64,000 nt of DNA from Oceanispirochaeta sp. (GTDB lineage: Bacteria; Spirochaetota; Spirochaetia; DSM-2461), in assembly GCA_963666275.2 (NCBI GenBank), contig CAXXOA010000003.1:1-64000 (forward strand), read 5' to 3'. Position numbers and translations under genes: made by a program. This document shows, in pieces, positions 17,942 through 28,169 of this stretch. The notes under the pieces are model-generated. The model was given only the letters and a program-made list of their open reading frames with translations. It did no database searches and was not told the DNA's origin. How positions within the stretch are numbered: position 1 is the stretch's first letter; each line of letters starts with the position of its first letter.

Positions 17942-19207
17942 ATGGACCAGAAAAAAAGGACAGACAGCATATTTAAAAATATTTTCCGGCAGATGGTGAA
18001 GGTCTCTCAGAGTGCTTTCGGTCTGAAGGAGAATGTGGAGGTTCTCGGAAAGAATATTCAGGTACAGACCGTACAGGCGTCGCGGGTAAAGGAGGAAAAC
18101 CGGGAAACCATGGCGGATATCAGAAAGATTCTGGAGAAGACATCCTATCTGACCGAAACCGCTTCATCCGCTGATGATGCCTCCCGGCGGGGAAGGGAGA
18201 AGCAGCAGCATTATCTGGAAGAAGTTGATCAGCTCTCCAATTCCATAGGACGGGGGGCCTCTTTTCTTAAAGAGTTCCGTAAAAGTTCAGAAGATATCGC
18301 CCGGATGACTCAGCTGATTATGGATCTTTCGGGTCGGCTCGATGTCCTGGCTATCAACGGCGCCATTGAAGCCGCCCGGAGCGGAGATGCCGGAGCGGGT
18401 TTCGGTGTTATTGCCAGGGAGATGAAGAATCTGGCTCAGGAAACCTCTGTTTCCGCGGAAAAAGTCAGCAGCATTGTCAGAAAATTCGAAGATTCCTCCC
18501 GGGAGGTCCAGGATCTGTTTGAACTCTCAAGCGGGTCTCTGGATAAGAGCCGTCAGGAGGCCAAAATCATCTTCAATGTTTTTGAAGATCTCCAGAGCAA
18601 GAACCGCCATATGGCCGGCGAAGTCAGCGAGATCAATCAGCTCATTCAGTCCCTGGAGGACAGAAATGAAAACAGGGATCAGTCCATAGGGAAGATCCTG
18701 AGCGAAGCGGAAGCCTCAGGCAGCCAGGTTCAGCAGGTCGGCAATCAGTCGGCAGATCTTCTCAAGGTTGTTGAGACCATTCTGGAAAGCACAGGTGAAA
18801 TCCGCCTTGACTGGCATGACAGAGCTCTTGAGTCTGTGAGAACCCTTCTGCCTGAACTGGAATCCGGCAGCCGGTCTTTCAGTTCGGTTCTGCAGGAGGC
18901 ATTCTCCAGCCACAACTACATTGAACTTCTGTATGTGATGGATGAAAAGGGGATTCAGGTTGAGAATAATGTGGTTCATCCCGATTTTGCCGGGCAGATA
19001 GCCGCTGACGGTGCAGGAACAGACCGGAGCAGCCGCTCCTACTTCAGGGAACTCCAGGGAGAGGCAGACTCCTATATTTCCGGGCTCTACCTTTCCACCG
19101 CTGTGAATCATCTGTGTCTGACCATTTCCGTTCCATTCCTCCGGGATGGACGACGCTATGTTCTGGCGGCAGATATGAATCTTCAGGCCTTTGTGAATCA
19201 GAGCTGA
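17942..19207 (+). CDS. Soluble methyl-accepting chemotaxis protein with C-terminal Cache-like domain
   Basis: LAINGAIEAARSGDAGAGFGVIAREMKNLA; no TM segment; C-terminal DRSSRSYF...YLS...LTISVP. Confidence 0.85.
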   Translation: MDQKKRTDSIFKNIFRQMVKVSQSAFGLKENVEVLGKNIQVQTVQASRVKEENRETMADIRKILEKTSYLTETASSADDASRRGREKQQHYLEEVDQLSNSIGRGASFLKEFRKSSEDIARMTQLIMDLSGRLDVLAINGAIEAARSGDAGAGFGVIAREMKNLAQETSVSAEKVSSIVRKFEDSSREVQDLFELSSGSLDKSRQEAKIIFNVFEDLQSKNRHMAGEVSEINQLIQSLEDRNENRDQSIGKILSEAEASGSQVQQVGNQSADLLKVVETILESTGEIRLDWHDRALESVRTLLPELESGSRSFSSVLQEAFSSHNYIELLYVMDEKGIQVENNVVHPDFAGQIAADGAGTDRSSRSYFRELQGEADSYISGLYLSTAVNHLCLTISVPFLRDGRRYVLAADMNLQAFVNQS

Positions 19208-19254
19208 GAGGTTCCGTATGGAACGCATCGGTTGTATCAGTATGTAAAATTTGA

Positions 19255-19304
19255 TTGACAGATCCGGATATTGAAAGTAATATCAATGATGTTAACCGGT
19301 TAAC
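19255..19304 (+). promoter_or_regulatory. Promoter and LacI operator
   Basis: TTGACA-N17-TAATAT, then perfect palindrome GTTAACCGGTTAAC (19291-19304). Confidence 0.75.
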
Positions 19305-19337
19305 TAAGTAGTTAACTAACCTTTCAAGGAACGGATC

Positions 19338-20366
19338 ATGGCAAGTATCAAAGACATAGCCGATAGAGTCGGTGTCTCTAAAGCGACCATCTCAATCTAT
19401 CTGAAAGATAAAGAGACGAAAAGGGTCGGGGCCTCTACTAAAGGGAAAATAGAAAGGGCTATAGAAGAGCTGAACTTCCGGCCGAATACAATTGCCCGCA
19501 GCCTTTCCACCAAGCGCAGTTTCTCAATCGGTATCATGGTTCCCTACAATGGATCGATCTATCAGAGCACCTTTATCAATGAAATTCTTTCGGGACTCCA
19601 GTCTGTCCTGTTTCCCAGGCAGTACAGTATGGTTTTTCTTCCCACCACCGGTGAAGGATCCCGGAGTATGGTAAAAAATCAGCTCGCCAAAGGGCAGGGG
19701 CATGACGGTTTGATTCTTTTTGGTACAAGATACTGTACTCCCCGGGATATGGAACAGAATGTGGAGGAGCTGAAGAATACAGGCACTCCCTATGTGGTTC
19801 TTAATATGCCTCAGATGGAAAATGCAGTGAATCAGGTCGTATTCCGTGATCCCCCTGCTGCCAATCCCGTCAAGTACCTCAGGGAGCTCGGGCATCGCCG
19901 GATTCTTCTCATGGCGGGACGGGAAAATGACTCGGAAAGTCAATCCAATATTGATCTGTTCCGGGAGACCATGGGCGATGATTTTTCTGGCTCGGAAATT
20001 GTATGGGGTGATTACGAGAAAGAGAATGCCAAGTCAGCCCTTCTTCAGTATATAGAATCTTCCGGAGTGGATTTTACAGCTATCTATGCCCTTTCGGATA
20101 CCATGGCACTGGGAATCTATGAGGCTCTGAAGGAAAAAGAAGTGAAAATCCCCGATGATGTTTCTGTTATAGGGCGGAACGATTCCTTCTTTTCAAGTTA
20201 TATGGCACCTCCCCTGACAACTGTGAAACGGCAGGTATTCAATGAAGGGAAAAAAGGAGCTGAAATTCTATTGAATGCTATTGAAACAGGCAGATCCGAA
20301 CAGGTGATCATCCTGGACAGTTCTCTGATGCTCAGAGAATCAACTAAGCCTCTACTGAGTTTGTAA
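19338..20366 (+). CDS. LacI-family regulator
   Basis: SIKDIADRVGVSKATIS; PPLTTV. Confidence 0.93.
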   Translation: MASIKDIADRVGVSKATISIYLKDKETKRVGASTKGKIERAIEELNFRPNTIARSLSTKRSFSIGIMVPYNGSIYQSTFINEILSGLQSVLFPRQYSMVFLPTTGEGSRSMVKNQLAKGQGHDGLILFGTRYCTPRDMEQNVEELKNTGTPYVVLNMPQMENAVNQVVFRDPPAANPVKYLRELGHRRILLMAGRENDSESQSNIDLFRETMGDDFSGSEIVWGDYEKENAKSALLQYIESSGVDFTAIYALSDTMALGIYEALKEKEVKIPDDVSVIGRNDSFFSSYMAPPLTTVKRQVFNEGKKGAEILLNAIETGRSEQVIILDSSLMLRESTKPLLSL

Positions 20367-20406
20367 ATTACGGGATAATCACCCGTTAAAATAAAAGGAG
20401 TTTTCT

Positions 20407-21762
20407 ATGAGAAAAGTTCATTCTGTGCTTTTGGCTGCTCTGCTGGCAGTCTTGACTGTCCTTCCCGTTTTCTCCGGTGGGCAGGGAGATACGGCTGCTG
20501 CAGCCGGTCCTGTCGAATTAAGCTGGTGGCACCTCTGGGGAGGATCGAGGACTGAGTTGATCGAGGATCTCGAAGCGTCTTATACAGCCGAAAATCCCGA
20601 TGTCAGTTTCGAGGTTACCTTTACCCCCCCCAATGAGTTGATGAAAAAAGTCATCCAGGCTGCGGGTACGGGAACGTTACCCGATATCGTTCAGATCCAC
20701 AGCGGATGGTATACAAATCTTATGCCCGAAGAGACTCTGGTAGATCTCACACCCTATCTAGAAAGAGACGGTATTGATCTGTCCTCTCTCCTTGTTGATG
20801 CCGAGTATCAGAGAAGCATGTGGGATGGCGGAATATACAGCCTTCCCAATGTGAATGCAGGGGCTCAGGGGCTGTTCTTCTACAACAAGGATCTTATGAG
20901 AGAAGCCGGTCTGGATCCCGTTGCTGATGCTCCCACCAACTGGGCCGAATTTGAAGAGGTCAGCAGGATCCTTGTGGAGAAGCTGAATGACGGAAAAGAG
21001 CTTGATGTTATTGCCTGGGATCCCAACCAGATGGCCGGTCAGCCTTCGGTCATTGTATTCAGCTATGGGGCCGGTTATCCAACCGTTTCCCGGGACGGGA
21101 CCGAATCCTATATGGATACTCCGGGCGTCATGAAAACAGCCGAAGCCTTTGACAGTTATATGAATGAGATCTACGGCAGCTACGGTGGATACCGGGGGGT
21201 CATGGAATGGAACAGCAGAGTGGCCGGTGCCGATACCGGAGCTGCCCAGGTCCAGGCTTTCATCAATGGCAAACAGGTCTTCTATGTGTCCGGTTCCTGG
21301 ACAATCGGTCAGGTTAAAAGCGGCAACCCCGATATGGATTTCGGAATACTTCCTGTTCCCGGATTTGAACGGCAGCACGGGGGGACCGCGAAAAACGGCT
21401 GGTCCTACAGCATCAGCAAAAACAGCAAAAACAAAGATGCCGCCTGGGAATTCCTGAAGTACATTACCATCGATCCCGCCGGAAACGGAGAGTTCTGTAT
21501 TGCCCAGGGGCGTCCCAGCCCCATTGTTTCCGTCAACAATGATACCCGTTATCTGACAGAACTGGGTGATGATATGTGGACCAACCTTGTGAACTCCATG
21601 AACACAGACATTGTTCCCGAAGCGCTGGACATACATCAGGACGTTCTTAAGCCATGGTTACGGGACATCCCTTCACGCAGAATCTCCGGAGAGAGTATCG
21701 ATGACATTATGATGGATATTCACAGCCGGTATCAGGATTATCTGGATGACATCAACGGATAG
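20407..21762 (+). CDS. Carbohydrate ABC substrate-binding protein
   Basis: Signal peptide, LPDI, LFFYNKDL, AAWEFLKY. Confidence 0.9.
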   Translation: MRKVHSVLLAALLAVLTVLPVFSGGQGDTAAAAGPVELSWWHLWGGSRTELIEDLEASYTAENPDVSFEVTFTPPNELMKKVIQAAGTGTLPDIVQIHSGWYTNLMPEETLVDLTPYLERDGIDLSSLLVDAEYQRSMWDGGIYSLPNVNAGAQGLFFYNKDLMREAGLDPVADAPTNWAEFEEVSRILVEKLNDGKELDVIAWDPNQMAGQPSVIVFSYGAGYPTVSRDGTESYMDTPGVMKTAEAFDSYMNEIYGSYGGYRGVMEWNSRVAGADTGAAQVQAFINGKQVFYVSGSWTIGQVKSGNPDMDFGILPVPGFERQHGGTAKNGWSYSISKNSKNKDAAWEFLKYITIDPAGNGEFCIAQGRPSPIVSVNNDTRYLTELGDDMWTNLVNSMNTDIVPEALDIHQDVLKPWLRDIPSRRISGESIDDIMMDIHSRYQDYLDDING

Positions 21763-21856
21763 TCTTCCGGGAATCTTTATTCAACATTTCTAACTATTCA
21801 TTTCCCTCCGCTTGTATTCTCAGGCGGCGGGAAACAAATCAATGAAGGATATCTCA

Positions 21857-22762
21857 ATGAGTTTTATTAAAACAAGGGCAGCCATAAATAAGGGGCACGG
21901 CTGGAATGTATTTCTGTTTCTTCTGCCCTGGCTGTTTTCGCTTGTTGTTTTCTGGTATGGTCCTATTTTCTATACTGCTGTTCTGAGTCTGATGAAATAC
22001 CGACTGATTGGGGGAGGACACTTTATCGGCCTGGATAATTACGTAAAGATATTCCAGGACGAACTGTTCTGGATCGGAATCCGGAATACATTTATTTTCA
22101 TCCTTATGTATGTCCCGGCCAATCTTGTTCTGGGGCTTTTCACCGCCTACCTTCTGAATCTGAAAATCAGCCTGAAGGGGCTATGGCGTTCTTTCATATA
22201 TGTCCCGGCCGTTCTTCCGGTTGTTGCTGTGCTTGTATTGGGTAAGTTCATGTTCTACCCTAACGGCTTGATCAACTCATTTATTGAAATTTTCGGTATC
22301 AAAGGACCTTTGTGGCTGGCCAATCCACACCTGATCAAACCCGCTTCAGTCATACTGATGGTTTGGCAGTGCGGGACCGGAATGGTTGTATACCTGGGTG
22401 CACTGCAGGGAGTCCCCGGTCATCTTTATGAAGCTGCAGAGATAGACGGCCTCGGTAATACCGGGCAGTTTCTTAACATTACCATTCCCATGATTTCACC
22501 GACAATTCTATTCCGTATGGTTATCGATGTGATTTTCGGTCTTATGATTTTTGTCCCCGGCCTTATCCTTCCCGAAGGCAATGTTCAGGGAGGCCCCGGG
22601 ACCTCATCCCGTTTTTATGCCCTCCATATCTATGAGAAGGCATTTCAGAGATTCAGTCTGGGAGAAGCGTCCGCTTTAGCGACGATCCTGATTATCATAA
22701 GCATGCTTATTACCTACATGATAATGAAAACAAGCAACCGATTTGTGTATTACGAGGCATAA
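21857..22762 (+). CDS. Carbohydrate ABC permease (MalF-like)
   Basis: LYEAAEIDG EAA motif. Confidence 0.9.
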   Translation: MSFIKTRAAINKGHGWNVFLFLLPWLFSLVVFWYGPIFYTAVLSLMKYRLIGGGHFIGLDNYVKIFQDELFWIGIRNTFIFILMYVPANLVLGLFTAYLLNLKISLKGLWRSFIYVPAVLPVVAVLVLGKFMFYPNGLINSFIEIFGIKGPLWLANPHLIKPASVILMVWQCGTGMVVYLGALQGVPGHLYEAAEIDGLGNTGQFLNITIPMISPTILFRMVIDVIFGLMIFVPGLILPEGNVQGGPGTSSRFYALHIYEKAFQRFSLGEASALATILIIISMLITYMIMKTSNRFVYYEA

Positions 22763-22764
22763 AT

Positions 22765-23601
22765 ATGAAAAAAAGTAATAATATCCATACAACCCTCAGC
22801 TATGCAGTCGTTATTCTCGTCTGTGCTGTGTTCTTTTCACCTTTTGTCTATCTGATTTCCACAGCTCTGAAAGACCAGTCTCAGCTGATAACCCATCCCA
22901 GGACTCTGTTTCCCTTTCCTCTGCATTTTGAAAATTTCAGAATTGTTATGGAGCAGTACCCCATAGGGCGATATTTCAGAAACACCTTCACTGTCGTTCT
23001 GTTTGCGATTTTAGGCAATGTTCTTGTCAGTACCCTTACAGGATATGCGCTGGCAAGGATGGAATTCAAGGGACGGGAGCTTCTGTTCAATCTGACACTG
23101 GCCTGTATGTTCATGCCCCTTTTTCTTATCATTATTCCCCGGTTTCTTATCTTCAAAAGCTGGGGGATGATCGGGACTCTTCTACCGCTGATCCTGCCTT
23201 CGGCTTTCGGCTCTCCCTTCTGTATCTTTCTGATGAGGCAGTTCCTCCGGGGAATTCCCATGAGTCTGAGTGAGGCCGCCAGGATTGACGGCTGCGGAGA
23301 GTTCAGGATCTACTGGCAGATCATCATGCCCCTGGCGGGACCGGCGGTTGCTACCATTGTGATTTTTACAACCCAGTGGCGCTGGAATGAGTTTATAGAA
23401 CCCCTCATCTATCTGCAGAGCGAAAAGCTCTACACCATTACAATGGGACTGTATACAGTGATCGGAATGGCGGCGGAAGAGATCAACACCCACCTTGTCA
23501 TGACCTTTGTGATCCTCACTGTGCTGCCGATCCTGCTGATTTTTGTTGTGGCTCAGAAATGGTTTGTAGAAGGGATTTCCTCATCAGGAATCAAGAATTG
23601 A
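22765..23601 (+). CDS. Carbohydrate ABC permease (MalG-like)
   Basis: LSEAARIDG. Confidence 0.92.
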   Translation: MKKSNNIHTTLSYAVVILVCAVFFSPFVYLISTALKDQSQLITHPRTLFPFPLHFENFRIVMEQYPIGRYFRNTFTVVLFAILGNVLVSTLTGYALARMEFKGRELLFNLTLACMFMPLFLIIIPRFLIFKSWGMIGTLLPLILPSAFGSPFCIFLMRQFLRGIPMSLSEAARIDGCGEFRIYWQIIMPLAGPAVATIVIFTTQWRWNEFIEPLIYLQSEKLYTITMGLYTVIGMAAEEINTHLVMTFVILTVLPILLIFVVAQKWFVEGISSSGIKN

Positions 23602-23616
23602 AAAGAGAGATGCACA

Positions 23617-24930
23617 ATGGAATATATTAACGAGCCGTCCAGGGATATCCCTGTCAAATATGATACCGATGTCCTTATTGTCGGCGGGGGACCTGCCGGT
23701 TTTGCCGCAGCGGTGAGCTGCGGAAGACTGGGGTTGAAAACTCTCCTTCTGGAAAGGACGGGAACTGTGGGAGGTGTCGCTACCGCCGGGCTTATGAGCC
23801 ATTGGACCGGTGATACCGAAGGGCCCCTTTATGAGGAGCTCCTTGAAAGGGCGAAAACCGCTGTCAGCGATGTGAATTACTTCGGCAGCAAGGTCCTGAA
23901 AGCGGAACAGATCATTGATCCCGAGAATACCAAACTTGTTATGCTGCAGATGCTGCAGGAAGCCGGAGTCCTCCTCAGGCTCTACAGTTATGCCGTAGAC
24001 GTCATTATGGATCAGAACAGGGTCACTGGCGTTGTGATGGAGAATAAATCGGGCCGTTCCGCCGCTCTGGCAAAACTTGTCATCGACTGTTCCGGTGACG
24101 GGGATATAGCTGCCCGGGCGGGTGTAGAGTATACACTGGGAAGAGAGAAGGACGGGCTTATGCAGCCGGTGACTGTGATGTTCAAAGTGGCCGGAGTCGA
24201 TACGGAGACCGCCGTGTATCCCGGTGAGTTTGAGGATAATATTGATGTTCCCGCCGGCAAACTGCAGGAACTTGGCAGACAGTACCTTCCCCCTCCCATT
24301 GGGCATGTTCTGCTTTATCCCGGATCTGTCCCCGGAGTGGCTACTGTGAATATGACCAACTCACTGGGGGTAAACGGTCTGAAATCCTCGGATCTGACAA
24401 GGGCGGAAATTGAGTGCCGGAGTCAGATTCCCGAGATTATCGCTTTTCTGAAAAAGTATGTTCCCGGGTATGAAAAATGCTATCTGATTGCCACTTCTTC
24501 TGTCATCGGCGTCAGAGAAACAAGACACTTCAAAGGGATGTATACTGTAACCGAAGAGGATATTGCCGCCGCCAGGATTTTTGATGACTGGATTGTGACC
24601 AGAGCTTTCTTCAATTTTGATGTTCATGGCCTGGAAGGTCCCGGTCTTGATCCGACGGGAGAGCAGAAGACGTTTCCCACAAAAGAGAAATACACTATCC
24701 CCCTGGGCTGTTTCATTCCTGAAAAGATTGATGGACTCTTTCTGGCCGGGAGGAATATTTCGGGAACCCATAAAGCTCATTCCAACTACAGGGTTATGCC
24801 TATCTGCATCAATATGGGGCAGGGAGTGGCCGCTGCCGCGGCTGTGTGTCTGCGGGAAAATCTCCAGCCCCGTCAGATTCAGGCGGAGGAGGTTCAGAAA
24901 ATTTTAAAGGAGCAGGGTGTACACACCTGA
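23617..24930 (+). CDS. FAD-dependent oxidoreductase (FAD_oxidored-like)
   Basis: VGGGPAG, IDCSGDGD, GVRETR, RVMPIC..MGQ. Confidence 0.88.
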   Translation: MEYINEPSRDIPVKYDTDVLIVGGGPAGFAAAVSCGRLGLKTLLLERTGTVGGVATAGLMSHWTGDTEGPLYEELLERAKTAVSDVNYFGSKVLKAEQIIDPENTKLVMLQMLQEAGVLLRLYSYAVDVIMDQNRVTGVVMENKSGRSAALAKLVIDCSGDGDIAARAGVEYTLGREKDGLMQPVTVMFKVAGVDTETAVYPGEFEDNIDVPAGKLQELGRQYLPPPIGHVLLYPGSVPGVATVNMTNSLGVNGLKSSDLTRAEIECRSQIPEIIAFLKKYVPGYEKCYLIATSSVIGVRETRHFKGMYTVTEEDIAAARIFDDWIVTRAFFNFDVHGLEGPGLDPTGEQKTFPTKEKYTIPLGCFIPEKIDGLFLAGRNISGTHKAHSNYRVMPICINMGQGVAAAAAVCLRENLQPRQIQAEEVQKILKEQGVHT

Positions 24931-24943
24931 AGGAACGGATTCG

Positions 24944-27232
24944 ATGGATATTCATAATTTACAACAGCCCCGGAAACTCCATGAAAGCCGTATAGACTGT
25001 GATCTGACCATTGTCGGAGGAGGGCTTTCCGGAGTCTGTACGGCTATCACAGCAGCCAGGGAGGGACTGACAGTGGTTCTGGTTCAGGACAGACCTGTTC
25101 TGGGTGGGAATGCTTCCAGCGAAGTCAGGTTATGGGCCCTGGGGGCTACCAGCCACATGGGAAATAACAACCGCTGGGCCAGGGAAGGGGGGATCATTGA
25201 TGAGATCATGGTGGAAAACCTTCACCGGAATCCCGAAGGGAACCCCGTCCTGTTTGATGCGGTACTGCTTGATAAAGTTTTTGCGGAAAACAATATTACT
25301 CTACTTCTTGATACCGCCGTTTTCAAAATCGATCAGGATAAAGAATCTCTGGAAATCCGGGGGCTCTGGGCTTTCAGCAGCCTGAATGAATCTCTCTTTG
25401 AAATACGGTCTCCTCTGTTTTGCGATTCTTCCGGGGACGGCATCCTCGGCTATCTCTCCGGAGCGGATTTCAGAGTCGGGGCGGAGGGAAAAGAGGAGTT
25501 TGATGAACCTCTGGCACCGGATGAATTCTATGGGGAACTGCTGGGGCATACAATCTATTTCTATTCCAAAGATACGGGAGCCCCTGTTGAGTACATCGCT
25601 CCGGATTTCGCCTTAAAAGATATCACAGAAATTCCCAGAATGGACCGGATCAAAGCTTCCGATACGGGTTGTTCCTTCTGGTGGCTTGAATACGGCGGAA
25701 GATTGGATACAGTTCATGAAAATCAGGAGATAAAGAAAGAGCTCTGGAAAGTCAGTTACGGGATCTGGGACTATATCAAGAATTCCGGAAAATTCCCGGA
25801 AGCGGAAAACCTGACTCTGGAATGGGTCGGTATGATCCCGGGAAAAAGAGAAAGCCGCCGGTTTGAAGGGGACTATATGCTGCGTCAGAGCGACATCATC
25901 GAGCAGCGCCTTTTTGATGACGCCGTCTCGTATGGCGGATGGGCTGTAGATCTTCATCCGGCTGACGGTCTCTACTCGGAACGCCCTCCCTGCAACCAGT
26001 TTCACAGCAAGGGAGTCTATCAGATTCCCTACCGGTGCTATTACAGCCGCAGCGTTCCCAATCTGTTTCTGAATGGCCGCCTGATCAGCGCCTCTCATGT
26101 GGCATTCGGCTCCACCAGAGTCATGATGACCGGCGCTCATGGAGGTCAGGCTGTGGGAATGGCTGCGGTCTGGTGCCGCCGGAAATCTCTGCTTCCGAGA
26201 GAGCTTCTCAAAGAGACCTATTTTGCCCCCTTCAGGAATGCCCTGATACGCACGGGCCACTACATCCCCTTTCTGCCTGAGCTGGAGGATCCGGATGATC
26301 TGGTCGCTCAGGCTGTCATTTCCGCGACCTCAACCCTTGCCGTAGAGGCTGTAAGGGGGAATGGGACTTTCGAATCTCTGGAGCAACCTGCGGGGATGCT
26401 GCTGCCTCTTCCAGCCGGAAGTCTTCCTTCTGTTTTTATTAAGGTGATGTCCTCCCGGAAGGGGAAGCTAAAAGTTCAGTTGAGAAAATCTGTCAGACCC
26501 GGGAATTTCACTCCCGAGCAGGTGCTGGAGGAGATTGTCTGTTCCCTGCAGGAAGGGGAGAACAGGATTACCATTCCCTTTACCCATCAGGAGAAAGAGC
26601 CGTTTTTCGGAGTCATTGCTCTGTTGCCTGATTTTCCTGTCAGGGTGGAATGTTCAGATCAGAGACTGCCCGGGTTTTTGAGTCTTTACCATGAAATGAA
26701 TGAGAAGGTCGCCAAATCTGTCGTTCAGGAAGCACCGGAAGGTTCGGGTATTGAGAGTTTTGAATTCTGGCTGCCCAGGAGACGGCCGGATGGGAAGCTT
26801 CTTGCCATGACATTCGATCCGCCCCTTCTGCCCTATACTCCGGATGCGGCAGGCAGGGGAGAGGAGCGTCCGGCTGTCAGAAATACAGCCTGGGTTCCGT
26901 CACCGGATGATCCGGCTTCGACTCTCTGTTTCAGTTGGGCCGAGTCAGTTTCAGTAGCAAAAATTATGCTCTCTTTTGATACAGACTTTGACCATGCCAT
27001 GGAGAGTGCCCAATGGAAACACCCGGAAAGGCATATCCCGTCTTGTGTAAGGCATTTCAGGGTATTCGACGGCAATGGCAATGTCCTGGCAGAGTTGGAT
27101 AACAATTATTCTACCAGGCAGGTCTTAAATCTGGGGCGGGCAGTGATGCTGAAGACGCTTTCTGTTCAGATCGTTTCATCCTGGGGAGCTGAGGCCGGCA
27201 TTTTCAGAGTCAGGATCTTCTCTTCAGAATGA
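24944..27232 (+). CDS. FAD-dependent oxidoreductase (FAD_oxidored-like) with C-terminal extension
   Basis: VGGGLSG, DRPVLGGNASSE, GKRESRR, GSTRVM. Confidence 0.88.
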   Translation: MDIHNLQQPRKLHESRIDCDLTIVGGGLSGVCTAITAAREGLTVVLVQDRPVLGGNASSEVRLWALGATSHMGNNNRWAREGGIIDEIMVENLHRNPEGNPVLFDAVLLDKVFAENNITLLLDTAVFKIDQDKESLEIRGLWAFSSLNESLFEIRSPLFCDSSGDGILGYLSGADFRVGAEGKEEFDEPLAPDEFYGELLGHTIYFYSKDTGAPVEYIAPDFALKDITEIPRMDRIKASDTGCSFWWLEYGGRLDTVHENQEIKKELWKVSYGIWDYIKNSGKFPEAENLTLEWVGMIPGKRESRRFEGDYMLRQSDIIEQRLFDDAVSYGGWAVDLHPADGLYSERPPCNQFHSKGVYQIPYRCYYSRSVPNLFLNGRLISASHVAFGSTRVMMTGAHGGQAVGMAAVWCRRKSLLPRELLKETYFAPFRNALIRTGHYIPFLPELEDPDDLVAQAVISATSTLAVEAVRGNGTFESLEQPAGMLLPLPAGSLPSVFIKVMSSRKGKLKVQLRKSVRPGNFTPEQVLEEIVCSLQEGENRITIPFTHQEKEPFFGVIALLPDFPVRVECSDQRLPGFLSLYHEMNEKVAKSVVQEAPEGSGIESFEFWLPRRRPDGKLLAMTFDPPLLPYTPDAAGRGEERPAVRNTAWVPSPDDPASTLCFSWAESVSVAKIMLSFDTDFDHAMESAQWKHPERHIPSCVRHFRVFDGNGNVLAELDNNYSTRQVLNLGRAVMLKTLSVQIVSSWGAEAGIFRVRIFSSE

Positions 27233-27239
27233 CATGACT

Positions 27240-27267
27240 CTCCCCGGCAGGGAATACTGCCGGGGAG
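27240..27267 (+). terminator. Hairpin after the operon
   Basis: CTCCCCGGCAG-6nt-CTGCCGGGGAG; no clear U-tract. Confidence 0.55.
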
Positions 27268-27416
27268 GATTTACAACAAAAGGAGACGGGGTCTGGCCAT
27301 GTATGGGGCAATCATGAATGCCCCATACATGAAAAGGCAGCGGTTTCTCCATTTACTCCCGTTATTTTCAGGGTTTTGAATTCCCATTCTCTTTTCTTCT
27401 GTAAGAAAAAATTGAA

Positions 27417-28010
27417 ATGAAAAACAGAAAAATGATCAGGTTGAAGAATAGAGATTATTCGCAAAATGGTTTTTATTTCATTACGATCTGTACCCAATAT
27501 CGCGGATGGGTTTTCGGTACGGTATTAGATGGAAAATGCCGTTTGAATAAAACGGGAAAAATCGCCCTGAAGTGTTGGCAGCAGATCCCCCGCCATTTTC
27601 CGGCAGTCATCATTGACGAATATATCGTTATGCCCGATCACATCCACGGAATCATCCAAATCCCCGGGCCAACCGGCAATGTAGGGGACGCAGATCTGCG
27701 TCCCGATTACCACCCCCGAATGATACGTCCCGATAACCCCCGAATGATACATCCAGGTATACAAAACAATAGGAATCGCAATATTCCAAAATTAGAGAAA
27801 AAAAATACAGACCGGACAAAATTGGTAATCCCCAAAATAATCCAGGCATATAAATCATCGGTCAGTAGAATTAATAATCAGGCAGGTATGCAACAATTCA
27901 GATGGCAAAGGTCTTATCATGATCATATTATCCGGAACTGGAATGAATTAATGCGGGTCAGAAAATATATCAGGAATAATCCTGTGAATTTTTCCAATCG
28001 TAATAAATGA
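27417..28010 (+). CDS. REP-associated tyrosine transposase (RAYT, Y1 HUH)
   Basis: YFITICT, MPDHIHGII, WQRSYHDHIIRN...YIRNNP. Confidence 0.92.
   Translation: MKNRKMIRLKNRDYSQNGFYFITICTQYRGWVFGTVLDGKCRLNKTGKIALKCWQQIPRHFPAVIIDEYIVMPDHIHGIIQIPGPTGNVGDADLRPDYHPRMIRPDNPRMIHPGIQNNRNRNIPKLEKKNTDRTKLVIPKIIQAYKSSVSRINNQAGMQQFRWQRSYHDHIIRNWNELMRVRKYIRNNPVNFSNRNK
27681..27704 (+). repeat. REP inside the RAYT gene
   Basis: GTAG + perfect palindrome GGGACGCAGATCTGCGTCCC. Confidence 0.85.
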
Positions 28011-28102
28011 ATTGGATTTGCGGTATTCATAAAAATCGGGGTGACCAAGGGGAACATTACATGGATCTGGATTAGAGGTGTTTTGATCCGGGTGATTGAA
28101 AA

Positions 28103-28126
28103 GGGACGCAGATCTGCGTCCCCTGC
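28103..28126 (-). repeat. Second REP copy, inverted, GCAG variant
   Basis: Identical 20-bp palindrome followed by CTGC. Confidence 0.8.
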
Positions 28127-28169
28127 GGGATTTTATACGGGATGATAATCCAATCCGGTTCAAACCATG

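Noticed and set aside
27681..27760. Mini CRISPR array
   Set aside because: Only two short in-frame repeats, no spacers of proper length and no cas genes.
27417..28010. IS200/IS605 element with TnpB
   Set aside because: No tnpB; the motifs and REPs fit a RAYT.
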